Shown here piece after piece: positions 13,101-25,249 of a stretch of 64,000 nt of DNA; position 1 is the stretch's first letter; each line of letters begins with the position of its first letter. Both the position numbers and the translations under genes were made by a program. The stretch is from Phaeosaccion multiseriatum. Taxonomy: Eukaryota > Protista > Ochrophyta, other classes. The notes beneath the pieces were generated by a model. It was given only the letters and a program-made list of their open reading frames with translations, did not search any database and was not told the DNA's origin. The stretch lies in assembly GCA_965112735.1 (NCBI GenBank), contig OZ218953.1, positions 1,240,001-1,304,000 on the forward strand. The letters run 5' to 3'.

Positions 13101-16100
13101 CTGTGTCTCTGTCTACCTCCCTTTCTTTGTCTCTCCCTCCCTCCCTCCCTCCCTCCCCCGCTTCCTCTCCCCTCTCCCCTCCTCTCCGTTCCTCTCCCTT
13201 CATCTCTCCGTTCCTCTCGCCTCCTCTCTCTCACCCTCTCTCCCCCCCTCTCTCACCCACCTGTACCAACTGTTCTTGATACGTATTGCAGGCCCCGAGA
13301 TTCACCACAACGTCCTCCAAAGCGCAAATGTTGCACGTGGGATGCTCGTGCGACTCTTCAGAACACTCCACCTCAAACACCTGATAGTGTGCAGCCACAA
13401 GGCATAGAGCATGTTAGCGGCGTATGGGGAGAGGGAGATGACACGTTCGTTCATGCACGAAATGGAGCACGTTAATGGCGTATGGGGAGAGGGAGATAGC
13501 ACGTAGATACGCACGCACGCACGCACGCACACACGCACGCACACACGTACCGCATCCATGGACTCGCATAGACGCTCCGCCGCGCTCTCTGCACCCTCTC
13601 CCTTGTATTTCATATCCATCCACAGTTGGCGAAACGGCTTGACGGTTTCGAGCGCCCCCATCTCAACGAGGGAGCGGAGGGGGTATTGGGGGGGCACGCT
13701 TGCCTTGAGCTGCTTGAGAGCAACGCTCCACTTGCCGTTCGTCCATGGTTCTAGGGGTTGGGGAGAATGATGATGATGAGGAGGAGGAGGAGGAGGAGGA
13801 GAGAGGAGGAGGAGGAGGAGGAGGAGGAGGAGGAGGAGGAGGAGGAGGAGGAGGAGGAGGAGGAGGAGGAGGAGGAGGAGGAGGAGGAGGAGGAGGAGGA
13901 GGAGGAGCAAGAGGAGGAGGAGGAGGAGGAGGAGGAGGAGGAGGAGGAGGAGGAGGAGGAGGAGGAGGAGGAGGAGGAGGAGGAGGAGGAGGAGGAGGAG
14001 GAGGAGGAGGAGGAGGAGGAGGAGGAGGAGGAGGAGGAGGAGGAGGAGGAGGAGGAATTCATGGAGACGTGCATTTAAGCTCAAGTGGTGGGGAGCATGT
14101 CCTGCAGTCGGTTATACATCGAGCTCTCCGACTTTCGTTGACTTCAATGGATCCGCGGAAGTATAAATAAATCTCATCCTTGCGTTCCCTTTCACCCCTG
14201 TGGTAGGAGGGGTTCTCAAATACTCACGCACGAGGTAATAGTGTTAGCGTTCAGGGTGTCTCTTCCGTCTCTCGCTTCGTGTGATACGTGACTGACTGAC
14301 TGACTGACTGACTGACTGACTGACTGACTGACTGACTGACTGACTGACTGACTGACTGACTGACTGACTGACTGACTGACTGACTGACTGACTGACTGAC
14401 TGACTGACTGACTGACTGACTGACTGACTGACTGACTGACTGACTGACTGACTGACTGACTGACTGACTGACTGACTGACTGACTGACTGATTGACTGAC
14501 TGACTGACTGACTCACAAACTGAGGGAGTGAGTGCGTGAGTGACTGAGTGAGTGACTGACCGACTGAGTGATTGAGTGATTGAGTGATTGAGCGAGTGAC
14601 CGACAGACTGACCAACGGCGTGATTGAGTGAATGAGCGAGTGAGTGAGTGAGTGACTGACTGACTGACCTTGTTCCCACATGCTCTCAAAAGGAGGGGGG
14701 GAGGTCACCACGAGGCCAAAGTCACCAGCATGCTGGAGCAGTTTGCTGGAAGGGAGGGAGGGAGGAGGGGGAGGGAGGGAGGGAGGGAGGGAGGAAGGAA
14801 GGAAGGAAGGAAGGAAGGAAGGAAGGAAGGAAGGAAGGAAGGAAGGAAGGAAGGAAGGAAGGAAGGAAGGAAGGAAGGAAGGAAGGAAGGAAGGAAGGAA
14901 GGAAGGAAGGAAGGGAGGAAGGAAGGAAGGAAGGAAGGAAGGAAGGAAGGAAGGAAGGAAGGAAGGAAGGAAGGAAGGAAGGAAGGAAGGAAGGAAGGAA
15001 GGAAGGAAGGAAGGAAGGAAGGAAGGAAGGAAGGAAGGAAGAGAAGAAAGGAAGGAGGTATGGAGGAAGAGAGGAAGGGAGGGAAGGAAGCAAAGAAGGC
15101 AGCAGGGAGGAAGGACGGAGGTGTAAAGATGAAGCGTGAGACGATGGAAAATACAGGGCCCCTTGTATGACGCAACATGGGCAATGCCTCCCACTAACTC
15201 TATCGCTGACCCCCGGACATTTTGTTGTTGCTGCTGCTGCTGCTGTATCAGCACTGAACCCAAACTATGACCGTTAGCCCCAACCCGAACCCCGTAGTCC
15301 GAACATTTACATACTCTGGCTCTCGTGAGTATGCTTAATACTGCCCAAAGAGTTTCACACTTAGTTACTCTGGCCCGAATATCAGTACTCCGATTCAATT
15401 CTAACTTAATTTGCTCGATACTGATAAGGGCACATACACTGAAAGCTGAACAACAGTCTTAATGACTTTCAGTTTCTTAGGTGATTCCTAATATGTCAAT
15501 GAACATATTGCCCACACCCCGTGCCCACCATACCTCATCAGGGCCCAGGCGAGCTCCTTTTGCTCTGTGCTCTGCCTGGCGTTAATGATGAGGCCACTCC
15601 CACCGAGGAAGGAGAGGCGGCCAGGGGCGAAGGACTCCTGTGAGGGAGGGAGATACATAGTATATGTAATATGTTTATGTATATATATAGTATATATGTA
15701 AACGGAAGAGGGGGGGATGGGAGGAGGGAGAGAGGGAGGGAGGGAAAGAGGGAGGGGAAGGAATGAATGAAGGGAGGGAGGGAGGGAGGGAGGGAGGGAG
15801 GGAGGGAGGGAGGGAGGGAGGGAGGGAGGGAGGGAGGGAGGGAGGGAGGGAGGGAGGGAGGGAGGGAGGGAGGGAGGGAGGGAGGGAGGGAGGGAGGGAG
15901 GGAGGGAGGGAGGGAGGGAGGGAGGGAGGGAGGGAGGGAGGGAGGGAGGGAGGGAGGGAGGGAGGGAGGGAGGGAGGGAAAGCGCGTGTGACTACCACTG
16001 TGGAGTCCAGGAAAGGTCCTCAGAACCCAGCAGCACGTACTGTGACTCTTAAAGTGACGTAAGATTACGTTAAGCTCGATCAAACTGACGTGCAAGATGA

Positions 16101-16428
16101 CGTAAAGATGACCTAAGATGACGCACCTGGATGTCTGTTCCGTTAACCTTGCCGAGGAAGGGTGTCGGTTGAAACATCATTCCGTTCATAGGGAGCTCCG
16201 TCGGCAGGCCCCTGTTGGGGTACAGGTGTGGGTATGTGGGTGTGGGTGTGGGTGTGGGTGTATACGTGTGTGTATGTGTGGGTGGATGGATGTGCGTGTG
16301 TGTGGGTGTGTGGGGGCATGTGTGCGTGGGTGTGTGGGTGTGTTGGCGTGTGAATGTGTGGGTGCATGTGTGTGTATGTGGGTGGGTGGGTGTGTGTGTG
16401 TGCGTGTGTGTTTGCATGTGTGTGTGTG

Positions 16429-16459
<31 letters not shown>

Positions 16460-19400
16460 TTGCATGTGTGTGTGTGTGTGGGGGGGGGGGGGGGGAGTGT
16501 GCGTGTGTATGTGTGTGTGTGGGTGGGTGGGTGTGGATGTGGGGTGTAGGGTGGGTATGGTTAAGCGCAGGAGGAGAGCAAAGGTCGTTATTCCGTATGG
16601 CAACGTAGACAGAGTGAAGGGAGGGAGGGAGAGCGAGAGGAGGGAGAGAGAGGAGGGGGAGAGGAGAGCGAGAATGAGGAGGGAGAGAGGAGGGAGACAG
16701 AGGAGGGGGGGAGGAGAGCGAGGATGAGGAGGGAGAGAGGAGGGAGAGGGAGAGAAGGGAAATGAGTCAAGAGCGGAGAAGAAAGTAACGGCAGAAGCAA
16801 AGGCAGAGTGCGGGAAGAGGGGAGGGGAGGAAACAACGCTGCCAGCGAGGCAACGTCCTTGCTCAGGCCCTTCACGGGGAGAAGGGGAGGGCGGGGGGAG
16901 CGCTGGAGACGCAAACGAGGGATGATAAATTATCCCCACCAACAGGAGCCTTCCCAAGGGCCTTTCCAGACGGCCTTCGTTTCACTCGCTCACCAACTCA
17001 CTCACGTGTAGTCAACTCCCAAAAAAGCGGTTACATCCGCCTCTGCATAGCTCTGATTCCATGCCTCGAAGGCTTCTGTGGATGTATCCACCATGTCGCT
17101 TACTGCACCCTGTTGTTGTGTTGTTGTTCAACATATCGCGCACCCAGGAAGGGCACCAAGAGAGAAAGGAAGGGAAAGGAAGGGAAGAAGGTCTGTAGAA
17201 TGAGGGAGAGCAGGGGAAGATTCTCGACGGCATTGCATTGTACACATAAAGCAAAGTGCCAAGTGCTTGTTGCCAGTGCGAGGAGTGACAAGTCATGACT
17301 TGACTCTTCGCGCTCTCCCATCAACGCGCGAGCGACCCACCCACCTTCGCTCACTGAGTCGCTCCTCTGCAGCAAGGGGGAGAGGGGGCTCCCTCCGTCA
17401 CTCACTCACTCACTCACTCACTCACTCACTCACTCACTCACTCACTCACTCACTCACTCACTCACTCACTCACTTAGTTGCTTGCTCACTCACTCACTCA
17501 CTCACTCACTCACTCACCCACTCACTCACTCACTCACTCACTCACTCACTCACTCACTCACTCACTCACTCACTCACTCACTCACTTACTCACTTACTCA
17601 CTCACTCACTCACTCACTCACTCACTCACTCCCTCCCCCACTCACTCACTCACTCACTCACGCACTCACCGCTCGAAAGAGGGGCTCCAAGGTGTCACGA
17701 AGTCCCTCCACAAACCTTCCATCATCGTTGAGAGCGCATGTCTTAATGCCGTCACTGTCCTCACTGAGCTCCACGTGGCGGATCGAAGGGTCGGGGAGGG
17801 GGAGGGGAGAAGGGGGGAGGGGAGGGGAGGCAGGGAAATGCCGGTCATCAGTGAACGGGTCTTTAGACATCCGACAACAATTGCGGCGCTGTATTAAGGG
17901 CTAGACGCGAGCACACCCGTACGCACACACGCGCACACACGCACGCACGAACACTCGCACACACACGCTCACACACGCACACCCGCACACACACACACGT
18001 ACACCAGCACACACACACGCACTCACGCACTCACTTGTACAAGTGCGCTCCGTAGGTCCTTGCCACCATCATAGAAATCTTTGTCTCCTCATCCCAGTTG
18101 CCTGGCGCAATCCACCCCGGCTGCCCTGTGCCATTGGTGAGCAGCTCGGCAGTGTGCGCAAAAGCTTCCCACGTCCATCTGATACGAGAGAGTGAGTGGT
18201 GGTGAGAGAGAGAGACAGGCGAGAGGGGTGAGGTGCGGTGAGGTGAGGTGCGGTGAGGTGAAGTGAGCCCTGTGGATAGGTCGACTTGCTGTGGGTAGTG
18301 AATGTACATCAGTCGTGCAGTGTTGAGCAGGCGAGGCAGGTACGATACTAACTACCCTCTCACTTGTTGCTCGTCCCCTTCATACATCACCACTATATTA
18401 TTATTTCCCGTTCCCCCTTACTCGGATGCACCATGTACTCACTCGGCGTTGTTGCGTCCCCAGTCTCCCCACGGGGGCGGGTGTGTGAGGTTGAGAGCAT
18501 CGAAGGTGGTGGTGTTGTAGAAGAGCATACGAGTGTCCGTCACCAAGGGGATGGCGGTCCAATCACTGATATCATCACAAGTGTCAGGACAGAGGGTGGC
18601 GGGGATGGTACTTCATTCAATACCATTCACAGATGGCACAAAAGAGGGACAGACGGACGATACGCTTTGGAAGTGGAGAGTAGAAAGGGGAATATTATGA
18701 TGATGGAAAGGAAGGATAGAGGGAGAAAGAAGGGAGGGTGGCCTAAATCTCAGTGAGAGTGAGACCGGGGGTTCGAGCTACGTCATTGCATGTGTCACAA
18801 GGACCGTGCTCACTCATACACTCACTCGTTGACGTTGAAGTCATAGAAGTAGAACTTGATGAAGTCGTCTGGTATCAGAGAGGGGGGGGGGCGGAGTGAG
18901 TGATAGAGGCATACAGAGGCATATAGAGGCATATAGAGGCATGTAGAGGCATGTAGAGGCATGTAGAGGCATATAGAGGCATATAGAGGCATATCGGTAG
19001 GAGTAGAACTTGATGAAGTCGTCTGGTATCAGAGAGAGGGGGGGGCGGAGTGAGTATAGAGGCATATAGAGGCATATAGAGGCATATAGAGGCATGTACA
19101 GGCATGTAGAGGCATGTAGAGGCATATAGAGGCATATAGAGGCATATCGGCGGGAGTAGAACTTGATGAAGTCGTCTGGTATGAGAGAGAGGGGGGGCGG
19201 AGTGAGTGAAACAATCAATGGTAAGGAAGGTAGGAGAGAGAGAGATTTGAGCTCCTTTAGAGGTGGTATCAGTCTGTTGGTCCACATGCACGCACGCACG
19301 CACGCACGCACACCCCCACACACGCACGCACAAACGCACTCACTCACTCACCCGTGAGGGCATATCCAGTATCCTGTGCCCATCGATTGAGGTAGCCGGT

Positions 19401-22400
19401 CAAGGGCTCGGTGATGCCTTCGTCATACCTGCGTGGAGGCACCCATGATGGAGGAGGAGGAGGAGGAGGAGGAGGAGGAGGAGGAGGAGGAGGAGAAAGA
19501 GGAGAAAGAGGAGGAGGAGGAGGAGGAGGAGGAGGAGGAGGAGGAGGAGGAGGAGAGAGGAGAGAGGAGGAGGAGGAGGAGAGGAGAGAGGAGGAGGAGG
19601 AGGAGGAGGAGGAGAGAGGAGAGAGGAGGAGGAGGAGGAGGAGGAGGAGGAGGAGGAGGAGAAGAGGAGGAGGAGGAGGAGGAGGAGGAGGAGGAGGAGG
19701 AGGAGGAGGAGGAGGAGGAGGAGGAAGAGGAGAAGAGGAGGAGGAGGAGGAGGAGGAGGAGGAGGAGGAGGAGGAGGAGGAGGAGGAGGAGGAGGAGGAG
19801 GAGGAGGAGGAGGAGGAGGAGGAGAGGGAGGAGGAGGAGGAGGAGGAGGAGGAGGAGGAGGAGGAGGAGGAGGAGGAGGAGGAGGAGGAGGAGGAGGAGG
19901 AGGAGGAGGAGGAGGAGGAGGAGGAGGAGGAGGAGGAGGAGGAGGAGGAGGAGGAGGAGGAGGAGGAGGAGGAGGAGGAGGAGGAGGAGGAGGAGGAGGA
20001 GGAGGAGGAGGAGGAGGAGGAGGAGGAGGAGGAGGAGGAGGAGGAGGAGGAGGAGGAGGAGGAGGAGGAGGAGGAGGAGGAGGAGGAGGAGGAGGAGGAG
20101 GAGGAGGAGGAGGAGGAGGAGGAGGAGGAGGAGGAGGAGGAGGAGGAGGAGGAGGAGGAGGAGGAGGAGGAGGAGGAGGAGGAGGAGGAGGAGGAGGAGG
20201 AGGAGGAGGAGGAGGAGGAGGAGGAGGAGGAGGAGGAGGAGGAGGAGGAGGAGGAGGAGGAGGAGGAGGAGGAGGAGGAGGAGGAGGAGGAGGAGGGAGG
20301 AGGAGGAGGAGGAGGAGGAGGAGGAGGAGGAGGGAGGAGGAGGAGGAGGAGGAGGAGGAGGAGGAGGAGGAGGAGGAGGAGGAGGAGGAGGAGGAGGAGG
20401 AGGAGGAGGAGGAGGAGGAGGAGGAGGAGGAGGAGGAGGAGGAGGAGGAGGAGGAGGAGGAGGAGGAGGAGGAGGAGGAGGAGGAGGAGGAGGAGGAGGA
20501 GGAGGAGGAGGAGGAGGAGGAGGAGGAGGAGGAGGAGGAGGAGGAGGAGGAGGAGGAGGAGGAGGAGGAGGAGGAGGAGGAGGAGGAGGAGGAGGAGGAG
20601 GAGGAGGAGGAGGAGGAGGAGGAGGAGGAGGAGGAGGAGGAGGAGGAGGAGGAGGAGGAGGAGGAGGAGGAGGAGGAGGAGGAGGAGGAGGAGGAGGAGG
20701 AGGAGGAGGAGGAGGAGGAGGAGGAGGAGGAGGAGGAGGAGGAGGAGGAGGAGGAGGAGGAGGAGGAGGAGGAGGAGGAGGAGGAGGAGGAGGAGGAGGA
20801 GGAGGAGGAGGAGGAGGAGGAGGAGGAGGAGGAGGAGGAGGAGGAGGAGGAGGAGGAGGAGGAGGAGGAGGAGGAGGAGGAGGAGGAGGAGGAGGAGGAG
20901 GAGGAGGAGGAGGAGGAGGAGGAGGAGGAGGAGGAGGAGGAGGAGGAGGAGGAGGAGGAGGAGGAGGAGGAGGAGGAGGAGGAGGAGGAGGAGGAGGAGG
21001 AGGAGGAGGAGGAGGAGGAGGAGGAGGAGGAGGAGGAGGAGGAGGAGGAGGAGGAGGAGGAGGAGGAGGAGGAGGAGGAGGAGGAGGAGGAGGAGGAGGA
21101 GGAGGAGGAGGAGGAGGAGGAGGAGGAGGAGGAGGAGGAGGAGGAGGAGGAGGAGGAGGAGGAGGAGGAGGAGGAGGAGGAGGAGGAGGAGGAGGAGGAG
21201 GAGGAGGAGGAGGAGGAGGAGGAGGAGGAGGAGGAGGAGGAGGAGGAGGAGGAGGAGGAGGAGGAGGAGGAGGAGGAGGAGGAGGAGGAGGAGGAGGAGG
21301 AGGAGGAGGAGGAGGAGGAGGAGGAGGAGGAGGAGGAGGAGGAGGAGGAGGAGGAGGAGGAGGAGGAGGAGGAGGAGGAGGAGGAGGAGGAGGAGGAGGA
21401 GGAGGAGGAGGAGGAGGAGGAGGAGGAGGAGGAGGAGGAGGAGGAGGAGGAGGAGGAGGAGGAGGAGGAGGAGGAGGAGGAGGAGGAGGAGGAGGAGGAG
21501 GAGGAGGAGGAGGAGGAGGAGGAGGAGGAGGAGGAGGAGGAGGAGGAGGAGGAGGAGGAGGAGGAGGAGGAGGAGGAGGAGGAGGAGGAGGAGGAGGAGG
21601 AGGAGGAGGAGGAGGAGGAGGAGGAGGAGGAGGAGGAGGAGGAGGAGGAGGAGGAGGAGGAGGAGGAGGAGGAGGAGGAGGAGGAGGAGGAGGAGGAGGA
21701 GGAGGAGGAGGAGGAGGAGGAGGAGGAGGAGGAGGAGGAGGAGGAGGAGGAGGAGGAGGAGGAGGAGGAGGAGGAGGAGGAGGAGGAGGAGGAGGAGGAG
21801 GAGGAGGAGGAGGAGGAGGAGGAGGAGGAGGAGGAGGAGGAGGAGGAGGAGGAGGAGGAGGAGGAGGAGGAGGAGGAGGAGGAGGAGGAGGAGGAGGAGG
21901 AGGAGGAGGAGGAGGAGGAGGAGGAGGAGGAGGAGGAGGAGGAGGAGGAGGAGGAGGAGGAGGAGGAGGAGGAGGAGGAGGAGGAGGAGGAGGAGGAGGA
22001 GGAGGAGGAGGAGGAGGAGGAGGAGGAGGAGGAGGAGGAGGAGGAGGAGGAGGAGGAGGAGGAGGAGGAGGAGGAGGAGGAGGAGGAGGAGGAGGAGGAG
22101 GAGGAGGAGGAGGAGGAGGAGGAGGAGGAGGAGGAGGAGGAGGAGGAGGAGGAGGAGGAGGAGGAGGAGGAGGAGGAGGAGGAGGAGGAGGAGGAGGAGG
22201 AGGAGGAGGAGGAGGAGGAGGAGGAGGAGGAGGAGGAGGAGGAGGAGGAGGAGGAGGAGGAGGAGGAGGAGGAGGAGGAGGAGGAGGAGGAGGAGGAGGA
22301 GGAGGAGGAGGAGGAGGAGGAGGAGGAGGAGGAGGAGGAGGAGGAGGAGGAGGAGGAGGAGGAGGAGGAGGAGGAGGAGGAGGAGGAGGAGGAGGAGGAG

Positions 22401-24139
22401 GAGGAGGAGGAGGAGGAGGAGGAGGAGGAGGAGGAGGAGGAGGAGGAGGAGGAGGAGGAGGAGGAGGAGGAGGAGGAGGAGGAGGAGGAGGAGGAGGAGG
22501 AGGAGGAGGAGGAGGAGGAGGAGGAGGAGGAGGAGGAGGAGGAGGAGGAGGAGGAGGAGGAGGAGGAGGAGGAGGAGGAGGAGGAGGAGGAGGAGGAGGA
22601 GGAGGAGGAGGAGGAGCAGCAGGAGCAGGAGGAGGAGGAGGAGGAGCAGCAGGAGCAGGAGCAGCAGCAATGTTGCGTGCAGGGGGATACGGCATTAGGG
22701 ACAGGAAGAGATGACATACGGCAGGGAAGAGAGGAGAACAGGAAGCGAGGGCGTGAGGGAGGCAAGGGTGGCTTGCCTGGCTTGGCTTACATGAACGAGT
22801 GAAAGCGAGCAAGTGAAGAGGCAAGCACAGAGCCAGAGGCAGACACAGAGGCACGGAGACAGAAGGCAGGAGGGAGGAGAGAGGAGTAATAGGAGAGACA
22901 GAAGCAGGACGCGGCTATGATGGCAGGGGAAGGAGGAGCAAGCAAGGAGGATGGCAGTGGAAGGAAAAGGCCAGGAGGAGCGCGTGCTGAGTAGCCGGCT
23001 TGATTGACGTGAGAGGGCGTGACTCACAGCCTGACATTTGCCCCATAAGACAGCAATTGAAGCACTCACCGAGTAGGTACTTGGGTCGTTCCAAGCATTA
23101 TGAGTGCGGGGCAATCGACCTCAAGGCTTCCTGTGCACAGAGGCTGATTCGCCACCTGTGTGTGTGCGTGTGTGTTTGGGCACAGATTAGAGCGGGTCAG
23201 CAAGGCATAAGGGGTGGCAAACAATGAAAGGAAGGAAGGAAGGAAGGAAGGAAGGAAGGAAGGAAGGAAGGAAGGAAGGAAGGAAGGAAGGAAGGAAGGA
23301 AGGAAGGAAGGAAGGAAGGAAGGAAGGAAGGAGGGAAGGAAGGAAGGAACTCCTTTTTTCCCACGCAGAAGGAGTCATGGCATCTGAGCGTCCTCGCTCC
23401 CTTCTATCCCCCCCCCCAACCAACCCCCATCCTTCCCACACTTACCATGCCCCACCCTGCGTTGACGACTTTCACGGCGATAGGGGAGTCCGAATCTGGG
23501 AATGCACACACACAGGGAGGGAGAGGGAGAGAGAGAGAGAGGGAAATACAGGGAGGGGGGGGGGGAGTGGGGGTGAGGGGCAGCGAGGCACGCAGGTGTA
23601 GGACAGAGGTAAAGCACTACCCATATTGAGTAGGGCGCACGTAATTGCGAGGGTGTGAGCGAGAGCACTCACTGCCTTCCTCCCGAGCGGGGGGAGAGTG
23701 GCATCGCACAGTGGCAGGCAACGGTGTCGGATGTGACGTGGCATTGGGTGCCATCCTATCAGCGCCACGGAAGTAATCCTATCAGCACTACGGAAGTAAC
23801 TATCGGTGATTGGGTGAGTGGGTTTTGGGTTCCGCTTCTCTCGGGGGGTCGATGCTCTGCGTCCGCCTCTGCTTCCTCGCTCAGTCTCCCTTCTCTTGAC
23901 CTTACATTGAAGCTCCTCAACGAGAGTCTTGGAGACGTTAAGATGAACGGCGGCGACGTCGGAACCGCCAGCATCGTAACCAAAGGGGTGCCAGAACTCT
24001 AAGACTTGCAAAGAGGGATCTCCCACCATATCTGAGAGGTGAGGGAGAAACAGGGAGGGAGGGAGGCGGGGAGGAGAATTGGAGTTAGGGGCACACGGAG
24101 AGAGAGAAAGAAAGAGAGAGAGAGAGAGACAGAGAGACA

Positions 24140-24209
<70 letters not shown>

Positions 24210-24591
24210 GAGAGACAGAGAGAGAGACAGAGAGAGAGGGGGGGAGGTATTGTTTTCACTCACAGTATGCTGCGGAGGGGTGGTAGTAGGTCTCTGCGAT
24301 GATTCCCTCTTCCCAGCCTCCCTCCGATACGTTGAAGCCCAAGCTCACACCCTCGCTCGTATATGCCTCTATGACCGTGGCCCCTACTCCTAAGTGCGTT
24401 TTGCTGGAGCCCCTGAGGGAAAGCATGAGCGCCATCTGTAGCATCAGCGAGGCAGCGAATCCTCCTCCCCGCCTGAAGCGAGGGCCGCGTGCTCCTTGCC
24501 TTCTTCCAAGCCCCCCTGCACCTCTCCCGAGCATGTTGGCTTCCCTCCCCCCCCCCCTATGCTCTCCTCTCCTCCCAGAATATTGAGTCAT
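7188..24591 (-). CDS. Class C (7tm_3, GABA-B-like) GPCR with N-terminal family-1 extracellular solute-binding (sugar ABC SBP-like) domain; ~20 exons
   Basis: Spliced exons give SBP1-like motifs ([12 protein letters not shown]; [26 protein letters not shown]; [18 protein letters not shown]). A Cys-rich linker follows ([18 protein letters not shown]), then 7tm_3 motifs ([15 protein letters not shown]; [15 protein letters not shown]; [11 protein letters not shown]; [27 protein letters not shown]). Start codon uncertain (~24440-24591). An extra last exon ending at 6844 is possible. Confidence 0.85.
8120..9137. repeat. (GGGA)n array followed by (CCCT)n array, forming an inverted repeat inside GPCR intron 8109-9143
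   Basis: Pure GGGA run ~8362-8541 and pure CCCT run ~8838-9134. Confidence 0.95.
11133..11660. repeat. (GAG)n trinucleotide array, intronic
   Basis: Seen directly. Confidence 0.97.
13776..14056. repeat. (GAG)n trinucleotide array, intronic
   Basis: Seen directly. Confidence 0.97.
18845..19208. repeat. Tandem ~153-bp units, each carrying a copy of a GPCR splice acceptor/exon start, separated by a 10-bp (AGAGGCATAT)n minisatellite
   Basis: agtagaacttgatgaagtcgtctggtat occurs three times. The AG acceptors end at 18869, 19023 and 19176. Confidence 0.92.
19450..22670. repeat. ~3.2-kb (GAG)n array inside a GPCR intron
   Basis: Seen directly. Length may be affected by assembly. Confidence 0.95.
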
Positions 24592-24805
24592 TCCATGCGA
24601 AACTTCCTGGTCAGTCGGATCATTGGGATAGTAATAAGTATAGTAAAGAGGAGGACGATCACCGGCCGGGGTCGGACTTGAGGAGGAAAGAAGGCTGGTC
24701 GGACCTGAGGAGGAAACGTTTCTATTGTAGGGTCTCTGTCAACCAGAAAAGCAAAGGAGGAGAAAGAGGAGAGAGAGGGGGCAAGAGAGCATAATATGGA
24801 CCACG

Positions 24806-25145
24806 CGCAGGCGCAGGGTGGGACACAGGGGGGGAACGAAAACCGAAAAAGAGCGCATGAAACGATAAAAGCGTACCGGTTGGAAGGATTTGGAAGAGCA
24901 ACCTGGGCGGAGCACACAGGGGGGAGACGAAAATTGAATCAAAAGAGTGCACGCGATCGCAGGGCCACCAAAACCAGAAATGAAACGTATGAAACGTATT
25001 TCGTACGTGCGGATATCACGTGGGCGTTCCGGTTGATCACTACCGGCACCGTAACCAACTGCGCGGAAAAAGAAAAATGAACAGCCGAGCTGACACAGGG
25101 GGGGGACGAAAATGAAAATCGACCAGCAGAGCGCAGGGGCACCAT
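24806..25145. repeat. Three degenerate direct repeats (ACACAGGGGGGG..ACGAAAA) resembling transposon subterminal repeats
   Basis: Copies at ~24823, ~24914 and ~25093. Two end in CGCAGGG(C/G)CACCA. Composition differs from the flanking microsatellite-rich DNA. Confidence 0.55.
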
Positions 25146-25249
25146 GGTCGACCCCTGACGCGCTATCCGCTATCCGCTATCGGCCGGTGGCCCGATAGCG
25201 GGCTATCGGGGGCGGGGGGGGGCGATAGCGCGTCAGGCGTCGACCATGG
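25142..25249. mobile_element. MITE-like 108-bp element with 26-bp terminal inverted repeats
   Basis: ccatggtcgacccctgacgcgctatc (25142-25167) pairs with gatagcgcgtcaggcgtcgaccatgg (25224-25249), one mismatch. Internal GCTATC/GATAGC hairpins. Confidence 0.65.

Noticed and set aside
18735-18790. GGTTCGAG B-box-like motif suggesting a tRNA or SINE
   Set aside because: No cloverleaf, no convincing A box and no T-arm stem.
19344-22854. Five >1000-aa ORFs of poly-L/S/P/G/R/E
   Set aside because: These are stop-free translations of an intronic (GAG)n array. The flanking GPCR exons splice around it in phase.
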